The notes beneath the pieces were generated by a model. That model searched no databases, was not told where the DNA came from, and was given only the letters and a program-made list of their open reading frames with translations. From NCBI GenBank assembly GCA_017443765.1, contig JAFSYB010000004.1, forward strand, positions 2,665 through 66,664: 64,000 nucleotides of DNA, in the 5' to 3' direction. The DNA is from Muribaculaceae bacterium. GTDB taxonomy: Bacteria; Bacteroidota; Bacteroidia; Bacteroidales; Muribaculaceae. Positions 41,008 through 50,709 of the stretch are shown in pieces. Made by a program: the position numbers and the translations under genes. Each line of letters begins with the position of its first letter. Within the stretch, counting starts at the first letter, position 1.

Positions 41008-43062
41008 ATGGCTGATATTCATATCGGTGTAGGTTCACTTTACGACGAATTGATAGCATCGCTGAAGACCGAAAACAACTTTGTTGCTGACAATGGCGAC
41101 ATCAAAAAATGGGTTGTCGCTGAGCAAGCGCGAGCCTATTCGCCCGAACTCATAGAGTTGCTGCTTGCCAATGAGCAACTGAAAAATGCGTTTTTTGTCG
41201 ATGTTAAAGGAACTGTAGTGTTTTTGCTCGACAAGTTCTTACAATTTATTGAGCAGAAGAACTACATCAACGACAGTTACACTCGTTTTACACAGAAAGT
41301 TGGATTGCAGGTAGGCGGCAAGTTCCTTTCGCAACGAAATGAGGTGGAATTAGTTTTTCCTTACAAGGACTGCGTGCTTGAAGGCGGACAAACCAAAGAC
41401 GACCAAAAACGCAATGAGATATTCTTCAACGAAGTCCTCGCCCAAGATGAAATCACACAGTTGCTCGACCCTAAAGTGCTGTCAGATGCCAAACGCATAG
41501 ATGCCCATGGCGAGCACCCGCTTGACACTTTCCGTCGCGATGAGGGAACCAATGTGGACCGCAACCTGCCAAAGCAGACAATAACCGACAACCTTATCAT
41601 TCGCGGCAACAATCTGCTTGCATTACACACATTGAAACATCAGTTCGCAGGCAGAATAAAGCTCATATTCATTGATCCGCCATATAATACTGGTTCAGAT
41701 GAATTCGGATATAATGATAGATTTAACCATTCGACATGGCTGACATTCTTGAAGAATAGATTACAGATAGCAAAAACTCTTTTAACTGAAGATGGGTCTT
41801 TTTGTATGGCAATTGACCATAATGAAATAGGCTATGCCATCGTTCTACTTGATGAAATATTCGGCAGAGAAAACCTAAAAAATATCATTACTGTTAAAAG
41901 AGGGTCTGTTACAGGTGCAAAAGTAATTAATCCGGGTGTTGTAAATCTTTCAGATTATGTTCTAATATACTCTCGTAATACAAAGTCATGGAAACCTAAA
42001 AGAGTTCTTAGGGCAAAACAACGAGATGATAGATATAACCAATTCATTGAAAACTTTAGTGAACCGTATGAACAATGGCATACAATTCCACTTGGAGATG
42101 CTTTTGCTGCCACACAAAACTCAACGCCAGCAAAGCTCAAAAAACAGCTAGGTTCACGCTACGAAGAAGAACTTTCACGCTTTGTGATTCAAAACGCAGA
42201 AAGGGTAATGCAATATGCTACACTTGATGACAAAAACATTAGTCAAGCTGCCAGGGATTTAAAAAAGAAATCACAGGACAATCCAACGAAAGTCTTCATG
42301 ATGGAACGAGAAGGCAAATCACCATACTATGTTCTAAATGGGAAATTAATGCTTTTTGTCAAAGACCGCCTCATTGAAATAGATGGCGAAAAGACATTTA
42401 GTGAACCAATTTCTGACATATGGGACGATGTTTTACCTAACGACTTGCATAATGAGGGAGGTGTTATTTTCAAAAAAGGCAAAAAACCAGAAAAACTCAT
42501 GCAGCGTATCATCGAATTAACAACGGAGGTTGGTGATATAGTACTTGATTTTCATTTGGGTTCGGGAACAACAGCATCTTCTGCATTGAAATGTAAACGT
42601 CAGTTTATAGGCGTTGAACAATTGGATTATGGACAAAATGATAGCGTACAGAGATTAAAAAATGCCATAGGTAAATATGTTAATGGCGTTTTGCAATATG
42701 ACACAAGAGGTATATCGTCAGTAACAAGTTGGCGTGGTGGCGGCGATTTCGTGTATATTGAGCTGAAACGCTCCAACAAGAAATTCATCGAAGATATTGA
42801 GGCGGCAACCACTACCGAACAACTGCTTGAAATCTGGGAACAGATGAAACAACGTGCGTTCTTCCGTTTCAGTCTTGATATGCAGAAGTTTGAGGAAAAC
42901 ATCGAGCAATTCAAAACGCTTACTCTCGATGAGCAGAAAGCCGCTCTATGCAGTGTGTTTGACTTGAACCAACTCTATGTGAACCGCGCCGACATGAACG
43001 ACGATGAGTTGCAAGTCAGCGATGAGGAGAAACGTGTCACCAATGATTTCTATGGTAAATAA
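41008..43062 (+). CDS. mod: Type III R-M methyltransferase (Mod), beta-class N6-A/N4-C MTase
   Basis: GNNLLAL, IFIDPPYNTG (motif IV), KKPEKL, VLDFHLGSGTT (motif I); adjacent to Res. Confidence 0.92.
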   Translation: MADIHIGVGSLYDELIASLKTENNFVADNGDIKKWVVAEQARAYSPELIELLLANEQLKNAFFVDVKGTVVFLLDKFLQFIEQKNYINDSYTRFTQKVGLQVGGKFLSQRNEVELVFPYKDCVLEGGQTKDDQKRNEIFFNEVLAQDEITQLLDPKVLSDAKRIDAHGEHPLDTFRRDEGTNVDRNLPKQTITDNLIIRGNNLLALHTLKHQFAGRIKLIFIDPPYNTGSDEFGYNDRFNHSTWLTFLKNRLQIAKTLLTEDGSFCMAIDHNEIGYAIVLLDEIFGRENLKNIITVKRGSVTGAKVINPGVVNLSDYVLIYSRNTKSWKPKRVLRAKQRDDRYNQFIENFSEPYEQWHTIPLGDAFAATQNSTPAKLKKQLGSRYEEELSRFVIQNAERVMQYATLDDKNISQAARDLKKKSQDNPTKVFMMEREGKSPYYVLNGKLMLFVKDRLIEIDGEKTFSEPISDIWDDVLPNDLHNEGGVIFKKGKKPEKLMQRIIELTTEVGDIVLDFHLGSGTTASSALKCKRQFIGVEQLDYGQNDSVQRLKNAIGKYVNGVLQYDTRGISSVTSWRGGGDFVYIELKRSNKKFIEDIEAATTTEQLLEIWEQMKQRAFFRFSLDMQKFEENIEQFKTLTLDEQKAALCSVFDLNQLYVNRADMNDDELQVSDEEKRVTNDFYGK

Positions 43063-43073
43063 ACACCAGCGAT

Positions 43074-45714
43074 ATGGCATTTCTCTTTAATGACTACACA
43101 ACCGCGAGTAAATTTGGAGCAATATCAAAAACCTTGCCCAAATTCATTGTTGACAACTTGCGCCCAAAATTTGTTTTAAGGCCCTATCAAGTTGAGGCTT
43201 TTGCACGTTTTGTTTATTTCTATGAGAAAGATGAGCGTGAGGACAAACAAAACCGCCCTTACCACTTACTCTTTAACATGGCCACAGGCAGCGGCAAAAC
43301 CAACATCATGGCTGGGCTGATGCTCTACTTATTTGACAAAGGATACCGTGATTTTCTGTTTTTCGTAAATAGTAACACGATTATTGAGAAAACCAAAGAC
43401 AACTTCCTCAATCCGGTATCATCAAAATATGTTTTCAATGAAATCATTACTTTTGACGCACAGGAAGTAGTGGTAAAAGAGGTGCAGTCGTTTGACGAGA
43501 GTGACCCCGATAACATCAACGTCAAGTTCACCACCATTCAACAGTTGCACCTTGACATGGAGAATCCAAAGGAAAACTCCATATCGCTTGAAGATTTCAA
43601 GAACCGCCGTATCGTGCTGCTTGCCGACGAAGCCGACAACTTCAATGTGGCGACACGAGGCCAACTGTCTACTGATGGCAATTGGGAGCAAACCATTCAA
43701 GCCATTCACAGCCAAAACATCGACAATATCCTACTGGAGTTTACGGCAACGATGGACTTGGAAACTCCCGAAATAGAGGCGAAATACAAGGACAAGGCAA
43801 TCTTCAAATACGAGCTCAAAGAATTTCGGCGTGACAGATTACTCAAAGGAGATTGAGTTACTAAGAGTCTCATCGGGCGCAAAAGGTCGCGTGCTTCACG
43901 CACTTATCTTGAACCTTTACCGTCAAGTGCTGGCGGCTCATCACCATATCAACCTCAAACCGGTTATTCTTTTCAAGGCAAAGAAAACCATTGCCGAGAG
44001 TGAACGCAATAAAGCGTTGTTCCATCAATGGATAGAGGAACTTACAGTCACAGACATTGATGCTCTGCGCATCGCAGACGATATTGATAAAGTAATCAAA
44101 CAAGCGTTTGCTTACTTTGACTCTTGCGGCATCACATCGACTGAAATCGTCAAGCGCACACAAGAAAACTTCAAGGTTGAGAACTGCATCAGCGCAAATA
44201 ATGATGCCGAGAAAGAAAAGAACCAAATGCTTCTCAACTCACTTGAAGATGAAAATAATCCCATTCGCGCCATCTTTGCTGTCAATAAACTTGACCGTGG
44301 CTGGGATGTGCTCAATCTTTTCGACATCGTGCGAATGTATGACGACCGAAACGAGGAGAACAAAGGAAAAATAGGCAAGACCACACGCGCCGAGGCTCAA
44401 CTTATCGGGCGTGGCGCACGTTACTTCCCATTTCAAGTATCGTCCGACCAGGAATTGTTCATGCGTAAATATGATAGTGACCAAGCCAATCCATTGCGTA
44501 TTCTTGAAACGCTCTATTATCACATCATTGGTGACAGTCGTTATGTGGCAGAAATTAAGAAAGCACTTGTCGAGGTGGGTATGAGTGATGAAACTTCGGT
44601 AACCAAAGTTCTACGGCTCAAAGACGAGTTTAAGAAAACTGAGTTTTTCCGCACGGCTCGTGTTGTGTTTAACAAAAAAGTTCCAAAGAGTTATAGTGGC
44701 GTGAAGTCATTAACTGACTTATCGGTAAAGAAAACCAATATGGTTTATTCCTTGTCGGAACTTCACAGCCAGTCGGTCAGTGCTTTCGATGAAGCCGATA
44801 TTAAATCAGTTGCCACCGAAAGCCGCGACATCGCTTTGGCGAATATCCCTTACCACGTTATCCGCTATGCGTTGACAACCATTCCATTCTACCGATTTGA
44901 TAACCTCACCAAATATTGCCCCAATTTGAAATCGATGCGAAACTTCATTGAGGGCAAGGAATATTTGGGCGAATATGAAATCACGTTTAAGGGCAGCAAA
45001 GATAGATTTTCCTCAATAACAAATACCGACTATCTTCATGCTGTGCAGCAACTGCTCATGGCAATTGAGAACGAAATAAAGTCGCACGTTGTTGAATCCG
45101 AAGGCTCAGATTTCTTCTACGAATACCTGCACCGCATTTTCACTGACAAGCAGATAACGTTCCCCAAAGATCCGGAACGCGAGGAAGGACAAATTGCATT
45201 CCTTGCTGACAAAGATTGGTATGCCTATAACGCCAACTACGGTACAAGCGAGGAACGTGCTTTTATTGAACTTTTCGCTCGTCGATATGAGATTTTCTCG
45301 CATAATTATGAGGATATATACATCATACGCAACGAGAAAGTCGTGAAAATTATCGACAAAGAGGGTCGCACCTTTGAACCCGACTTCCTGCTATATCTTC
45401 GCAAGAAAGAAGATGAGCACTTTGTATATCAAATATTCATCGAGCCAAAAGGTGCACACCTTAAAGGTAAAGACCAATGGAAAGAAGAATTCCTTAAAGA
45501 GCTTCAATCCAAAGGGATGACCATAGAGATTAATAGTGACAATTACCACATTACGGGTGTACCTTTCTACAATAAGGGGGACGAAAACGAGTTCAAAAAA
45601 GAATTGGAATCAATGCTTGAACTATCATATTCATCCTATGGCAAAGAGAGTATCATACAGCACACCACTTCGCACTTTGTGGAGAAAACGCAAACAATGG
45701 CGCAAGGAAACTAA
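43074..45714 (+). pseudogene. res: Type III restriction endonuclease (Res), split by +1 frameshift near 43839
   Basis: ORF1 has MATGSGKT, ADEADN, EFTAT; ORF2 has LDRGWDV, QLIGRGARY and FEPDF...IEPKG nuclease; junction GAC AGA T TAC TCA AAG rejoins as DRYSKEIELL if one T is removed. Confidence 0.85.
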
Positions 45715-46023
45715 AAGTACCAATCTGAGGGATATTTCATCTAAACTTAAAAAACCATGAATAATTTAAGTAAGCACAAACTCTGGCATGAAGATGAAGA
45801 TTTGTTTGAAATTGGGTTAGTCGAATCACCCCCGACCCAAAACTCCGCCCGCAGGGTTCATCGCCCATGCGGCATGGAGGGTACTGCGACTTAAATCCAA
45901 CTGTACGATTTTTGGCAATGTGTTTATTGTTTTGAAATCGATGAAATTCCTTGAATTATAGTTTTAAACCACTGCATTTTAGCAGATTAGAACCATAATA
46001 GCCGAAAAGTGACAGTTCCTATA

Positions 46024-46069
46024 CTTTGCTAAATCTTATTTTTTTCGCCACTTTTAGCAGGGTTTTGGA
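46024..46069 (+). repeat. 46-bp direct repeat, copy A
   Basis: CTTTGCTAAATCTTATTTTTTTCGCCACTTTTAGCAGGGTTTTGGA; 42/46 identical to copy B. Confidence 0.95.
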
Positions 46070-46112
46070 AAATATTCCATAACTTTGCGGCAAGATTCTA
46101 AATGGTTTAAAT

Positions 46113-47534
46113 ATGTTGATTGGTAGAGAGCAAGAACAGCAACGACTGCTCGAAGCTTTTAATTCTAACGAGCCGCAGTTTATTGCCGTGTATGGTCGCC
46201 GCCGCGTAGGCAAAACATATCTTGTGCGAGAAACGCTTAAGAACAAATTTGTCTTTGAGCATTCTGGTTTAGCCCAAAGTGACAGGTCGAGCCAATTCGA
46301 GGCCTGGAAATCGGCACTATCGGAAAGCGGGTTGAAAAACGCCAAAATTCCGGCTACTTGGATAGAAGCCTTTGATATGCTTAAAATGCTCATTAAGAGC
46401 TCCCGCCGCCGTCGCAAAGTGATATTCATTGATGAACTTCCTTGGCTCGACACCCCGCGTTCAGGGTTTATTGCAGCCCTGGAACACTTTTGGAATGGTT
46501 GGGCTTCAGGACGAAACGATATCATGCTTGTCGTTTGCGGTTCTGCCACATCGTGGATTATCAACAATCTCATTAACAACTATGGAGGTCTGCACAATCG
46601 TGTCACCGGGAAAATTCACCTGAAACCCTTCACCTTACATGAGTGTGAACTGTATCTTAAAGGCCGACACATAGCCATGAGGCGCTACTCAATACTTGAG
46701 TGCTATATGATTCTGGGAGGGATTCCTTACTATTGGTCATTTTTAAAACAAGGCGAAAGCTTGTCACAAAACATTGATCGGATGTGTTTTAATCCCGACG
46801 GAGAACTTTACAATGAGTTTCACTCACTTTACGCATCTCTCTTCCGCAATCCGCAACCATATATCTCAATCGTGACGACGCTGGCCTCGAAACGAGTGGG
46901 CTTGACGCGTGAGCAGATTGCAAAGGAAGCGGCAATCGCCAGCAACGGCATGCTAACCCAAGTGTTGCAAGACCTGGAATATTGCGGTTTTATAAGGAAA
47001 TATACGCAGCCCAGTATGCATGTGAATAATTGCATCTACCAACTCATAGACCCTTACACCATATTCTATTTCCAGTTCATCGCGCACAATATCCATCATG
47101 ACAAAAACTACTGGAGCAACACACTGGAATCTTCCACACATCGCGCATGGTGCGGAATGGCTTTTGAGAGGGTCTGTATGCTGCACGTCGAACAGATAAA
47201 AGCCGCTCTTGGCATTGCCGGTGTTGCTTCGGTTGCATACGCTTGGAGTGCACCTGCCACAAACGACGGCCGTCGTGGCGTTCAAGTTGACATTATAATC
47301 GACCGCAATGATAATGTGATTAATCTTTGTGAGTGTAAATTCTCTAAACAAGAATACAGTTTAACGCTTGAAGATGACATGAGCATAGCAAACAAGGTGG
47401 AGCGTGTTGCTCAAGTGAGTGCAAAACACAAGTCAATCCACGTGACATTAATCACGACTTTTGGAATTGCAAACAATGCATATTTTAATAGTATTCAACG
47501 AGTTATAACAGCAGAAGACCTATTCAAACCATAG
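46113..47534 (+). CDS. ATPase (archaeal-ATPase/ATPase_2-like) with C-terminal PD-(D/E)xK-like domain
   Basis: IGRE.E, GRRRVGKT, FIDELPW, CGSA, QVDIIID...LCECKF. Confidence 0.88.
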   Translation: MLIGREQEQQRLLEAFNSNEPQFIAVYGRRRVGKTYLVRETLKNKFVFEHSGLAQSDRSSQFEAWKSALSESGLKNAKIPATWIEAFDMLKMLIKSSRRRRKVIFIDELPWLDTPRSGFIAALEHFWNGWASGRNDIMLVVCGSATSWIINNLINNYGGLHNRVTGKIHLKPFTLHECELYLKGRHIAMRRYSILECYMILGGIPYYWSFLKQGESLSQNIDRMCFNPDGELYNEFHSLYASLFRNPQPYISIVTTLASKRVGLTREQIAKEAAIASNGMLTQVLQDLEYCGFIRKYTQPSMHVNNCIYQLIDPYTIFYFQFIAHNIHHDKNYWSNTLESSTHRAWCGMAFERVCMLHVEQIKAALGIAGVASVAYAWSAPATNDGRRGVQVDIIIDRNDNVINLCECKFSKQEYSLTLEDDMSIANKVERVAQVSAKHKSIHVTLITTFGIANNAYFNSIQRVITAEDLFKP

Positions 47535-47540
47535 CGAGAA

Positions 47541-47586
47541 CTTTGCTGAATCTCATTTTTTTCTGCACTTTTAGCAGGGTTTTGGA
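47541..47586 (+). repeat. 46-bp direct repeat, copy B
   Basis: CTTTGCTGAATCTCATTTTTTTCTGCACTTTTAGCAGGGTTTTGGA, 7 nt after ATPase stop. Confidence 0.95.
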
Positions 47587-48066
47587 GTGGAAAAAGAAGG
47601 CTTGAAAGAGCATCAGGGAACAGGGCGATGGTAATCAAGTCGCCTTGGCGGGATAATCACCATTTATGTTCGCCTGCATAAGAAATAGACACAAGAACAT
47701 AAGCCCCTCGACTGTGGTTGACAGAAGAACACAAGGTGCCTTGATCATCTTCCTGCCTGGGCTGGCCAAGCGTTGGCAAGGGCTGCGGGCCGGGTTTTCC
47801 CCGGCATTGCGCTATCATTGAAAATGCAAAGTTACGCATTTTTGTATAAACTAATTTTACCACCCATTTTGATTTTTATTAACTTTTTGTGGTACTGTTG
47901 GTGACCGTTCCGCGGCCGTTCCGCAGCGAAAAAAAACCAACAATTTTTGCGCTGGACTTGTGTATGTGGGAAAAAGTTTGTAATTTTGCGACTGTTTTGC
48001 GAATGTAGGTTGCCTACAGGCGTGGGATTTTATCGCGAAATTATTAATACATAAACAGATAGCAAG

Positions 48067-48219
48067 ATGAAACGTACTTATCAACCCTCCAACATCAAGA
48101 AGGCTCACAAGCATGGTTTCCGTTCGCGCATGAAGACCAAGGACGGTCGCAAGGTGCTGGCCCGCCGCCGCGCCAAGGGGCGCTACAGTCTCACGGTGAG
48201 CGACACCGTGTACAAGTGA
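48067..48219 (+). CDS. rpmH: 50S ribosomal protein L34
   Basis: Manual translation [50 protein letters not shown]; TAATTTTG box at 47981-47988. Confidence 0.97.
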   Translation: MKRTYQPSNIKKAHKHGFRSRMKTKDGRKVLARRRAKGRYSLTVSDTVYK

Positions 48220-48244
48220 GCAACTACTGCTTGAGACATCACCC

Positions 48245-48288
48245 AAACAGCCGCCGCAGGTTCGACTACGACCTTGCGGCGGCTGTTT
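48245..48288 (+). terminator. rpmH terminator
   Basis: AAACAGCCGCCGCA...TGCGGCGGCTGTTT 14-bp stem. Confidence 0.8.
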
Positions 48289-48776
48289 GCAATCTGCCAT
48301 TTGAATCGTTTGCGATGTTGCCCTGCGGGCGAATATTCATCAAATTATTGGGGATACACACAAAACAGCGTCTATTAACTGAAGTTGCGTCGAAGACGTA
48401 TAAAGTATTTTTATGACACAGGGCAAGTGATTGAATATATTGGGTCACTCGCAAAAACCTGTGTTATTGATTAAGAGTCATGATTATTCCGAAGATGCCA
48501 AGATGGTTTCTATCGCCGACAGGCGATGAATTGATTTCAGAATTTTCACAGCGGAAAGTTTTAATATTCTGTTTGTGTAATTCTGAATAAAGTTATGACT
48601 AATTTGCTGCGCTTGCCCTTCGGGTTCCCGTTCGGTCGCGAGCACTTCGTGGTTCCACGCGCCAGCGTGTCTAAATACTGCCGCCCTGCCGGGCTTTCTC
48701 GGAAGGCAATAGCCATATGGTCGATATGCTCCATTTGTTCTTGTAGTCCAATCGTCATGCAGCTCGCAGATTCCCC

Positions 48777-48865
48777 CGATATACCCTAATTTTGCGGCAG
48801 TTCTTTGGTCGATATACACTAATTTTGCGGCAAAAACATCGCCGATATACCCTAATTTTGCGACA
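48777..48865 (+). repeat. Three 33-bp-period repeats with 23-bp core
   Basis: CGATATACMCTAATTTTGCGRCA at 48777, 48810, 48843. Confidence 0.95.
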
Positions 48866-48940
48866 ATTTTTAGGCAGATGGTGCTTGACAATTGGAATAT
48901 TCGTTGTAACTTTGTGGCTGAAAAGCAAATGATTACAATT

Positions 48941-50284
48941 ATGATTGAACGCGAGGCCTTGAAACACTTGCGCACATGGCGCAAGAGCGAGAACCGCCGG
49001 CCATTGATTATGAGAGGTGCCCGGCAAGTGGGGAAAACCACGATTGCCAGCGAGTTTGCAAAGGAATTTGACCATTTCCTTCATCTCAATCTGGAACAAC
49101 CTGACGACCGCTCACTGTTTGAAAACGACCTTCGTTTGGAAGACAAAGTTGGCCTGATGTTTGCCCGGAAAGGCATTCCTCGCCACGACGGCTCAACACT
49201 GCTGTTCATCGACGAGATTCAGCAGTCACCACAAGCGGTGGCCTCGCTTCGTTATTTGTACGAAATGATGCCCGACCAGTGCGTGATAGCCGCCGGGTCG
49301 CTCCTTGAAAACTTGGTTGATGTCAAAGCCACGTTCCCTGTGGGACGTGTGGATTATCTGCCCGTCAGACCATGCTCGTTCACCGAGTTTCTCCATGCAC
49401 TGAACCGCGCACCGGAATTACTCGCAGCCGACCGCCCCGAGCTCACCGTGCCATTCCATGCCGACTACATGTCGCTCTTCAATCAATATTGCATAGTGGG
49501 CGGTTTACCCGAAGTGGTGCAACACTATGCCACGCATCGCGATTTGTTGAGCATCGATTCCATTTGTTCCCGGCTCATGCGTGCCTATTTAGATGATGTG
49601 GAGAAGTATTGCCGCAGGAGCAAACTCGCGGCTGTGGTTCGTCACATTATTGAATATGGGTGGAGCGAGGCTGGAAGCATTATCAAGTTGGGTGGTTTTG
49701 CCGGCAGCGCATACCAGGCCCGCGAGGTGCGCGAGGCATTTCATCTGTTGCAGAAAGCTATGCTGCTTGAGCTGGTGTTCCCCTCCACATCACCGCAGTT
49801 GCCGTCCATTCCCGATTTGAAACGCATGCCCAAACTCTTCTGGTTTGACACGGGTTTACTGAACTATGCCGCCATGGTGCGAAGCGCGCTCATTGGAGCC
49901 AGTGACATTATGGACGTGTGGCGAGGTCGCATTGGCGAGCATGTGGTGGCGCAAGAGTTGCTGGCCACAACCACCGACATCAACCGCCACCGGGCGTTCT
50001 GGACCAGAGGACGGGGTGAAAACGGGGCCGAGGTTGACCTCACTTGGGTGATTGACTCAAAGTTGATACCCATCGAAGTGAAGACGGGGCACAACGCCCA
50101 CCTGAAATCGCTTCACTCCTTTATGGATTTGTCGCCGCTCGACTTGGCCGTGCGGGTGTGGTCGGGGCCGTTCTCGGTAGACCACCTCACCACATCGCTA
50201 CACAAAAAGCCATTCAAATTAATCAATCTGCCCTTCTATTTGGTGTGGGATATCGAGCGCATCGTGCGACGCGAACTCAGTTGA
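48941..50284 (+). CDS. AAA_14 / DUF4143-type ATPase with C-terminal nuclease-like motif
   Basis: GARQVGKT, LFIDEIQ, AAGSLL, FPVGRV, GGLPE, EVD...PIEVK; start set at MIERE. Confidence 0.9.
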   Translation: MIEREALKHLRTWRKSENRRPLIMRGARQVGKTTIASEFAKEFDHFLHLNLEQPDDRSLFENDLRLEDKVGLMFARKGIPRHDGSTLLFIDEIQQSPQAVASLRYLYEMMPDQCVIAAGSLLENLVDVKATFPVGRVDYLPVRPCSFTEFLHALNRAPELLAADRPELTVPFHADYMSLFNQYCIVGGLPEVVQHYATHRDLLSIDSICSRLMRAYLDDVEKYCRRSKLAAVVRHIIEYGWSEAGSIIKLGGFAGSAYQAREVREAFHLLQKAMLLELVFPSTSPQLPSIPDLKRMPKLFWFDTGLLNYAAMVRSALIGASDIMDVWRGRIGEHVVAQELLATTTDINRHRAFWTRGRGENGAEVDLTWVIDSKLIPIEVKTGHNAHLKSLHSFMDLSPLDLAVRVWSGPFSVDHLTTSLHKKPFKLINLPFYLVWDIERIVRRELS

Positions 50285-50394
50285 GCCTCCGAGAATGACG
50301 GCCCACTTAAGTGTCTGGCTTGCCTTTCGCCGTTTTTACAATCCGGGTGCCTGGCCGCAGGGCCACGGCCTCGGCATCACGGCCTCGGCGTGTC

Positions 50395-50709
50395 TCAGTC
50401 TTTCAGCTTTATTTCAGGCTCCCTCACGCGAATCTCGGGTTGAGACAGGCGCAGCTCCTCGTCGCCGCACAGGCGGCAGACCCGGTTGCGAATCCAGTCG
50501 CCCAGCTCGGCCACATTGCGCGTGTTGGCCCCCACGTTCAGCAAGTTCAGCACCGAGCGCGAGCTCGACTCCACCGTCACCCGGCACGCCTGCGTGGCCG
50601 TGGCCACCACGCGCAGCCGCACGCGCTCGCTCAGCGGCGACAGCAGCCAGCCGCGCCGGACGCCAGCGTTGGTTGTGCATGCTGCGGCTGTGCCGCAGCC
50701 TCGATTATC
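50395..50709 (-). pseudogene. Probable 5'-truncated gene remnant
   Basis: GC-rich open frame GWLLSPLSERVRLRVV...RVTVESSSRSVLNLLNVGANTRNVAEL; upstream in-frame stop lies in the dynamin gene end, only an internal GTG. Confidence 0.4.

Noticed and set aside
41008-41640. Phase-variable SSR in mod (phasevarion)
   Set aside because: No simple-sequence repeat tract seen in or before mod.
45758-45895. 45-codon ORF after res (MNNLSKHKLW...)
   Set aside because: No recognisable motif or support; cannot be distinguished from chance.
48777-48865. Repeats as a CRISPR mini-array
   Set aside because: Linkers are only 10 nt, there are three copies, the repeat is non-palindromic and no cas genes are present.
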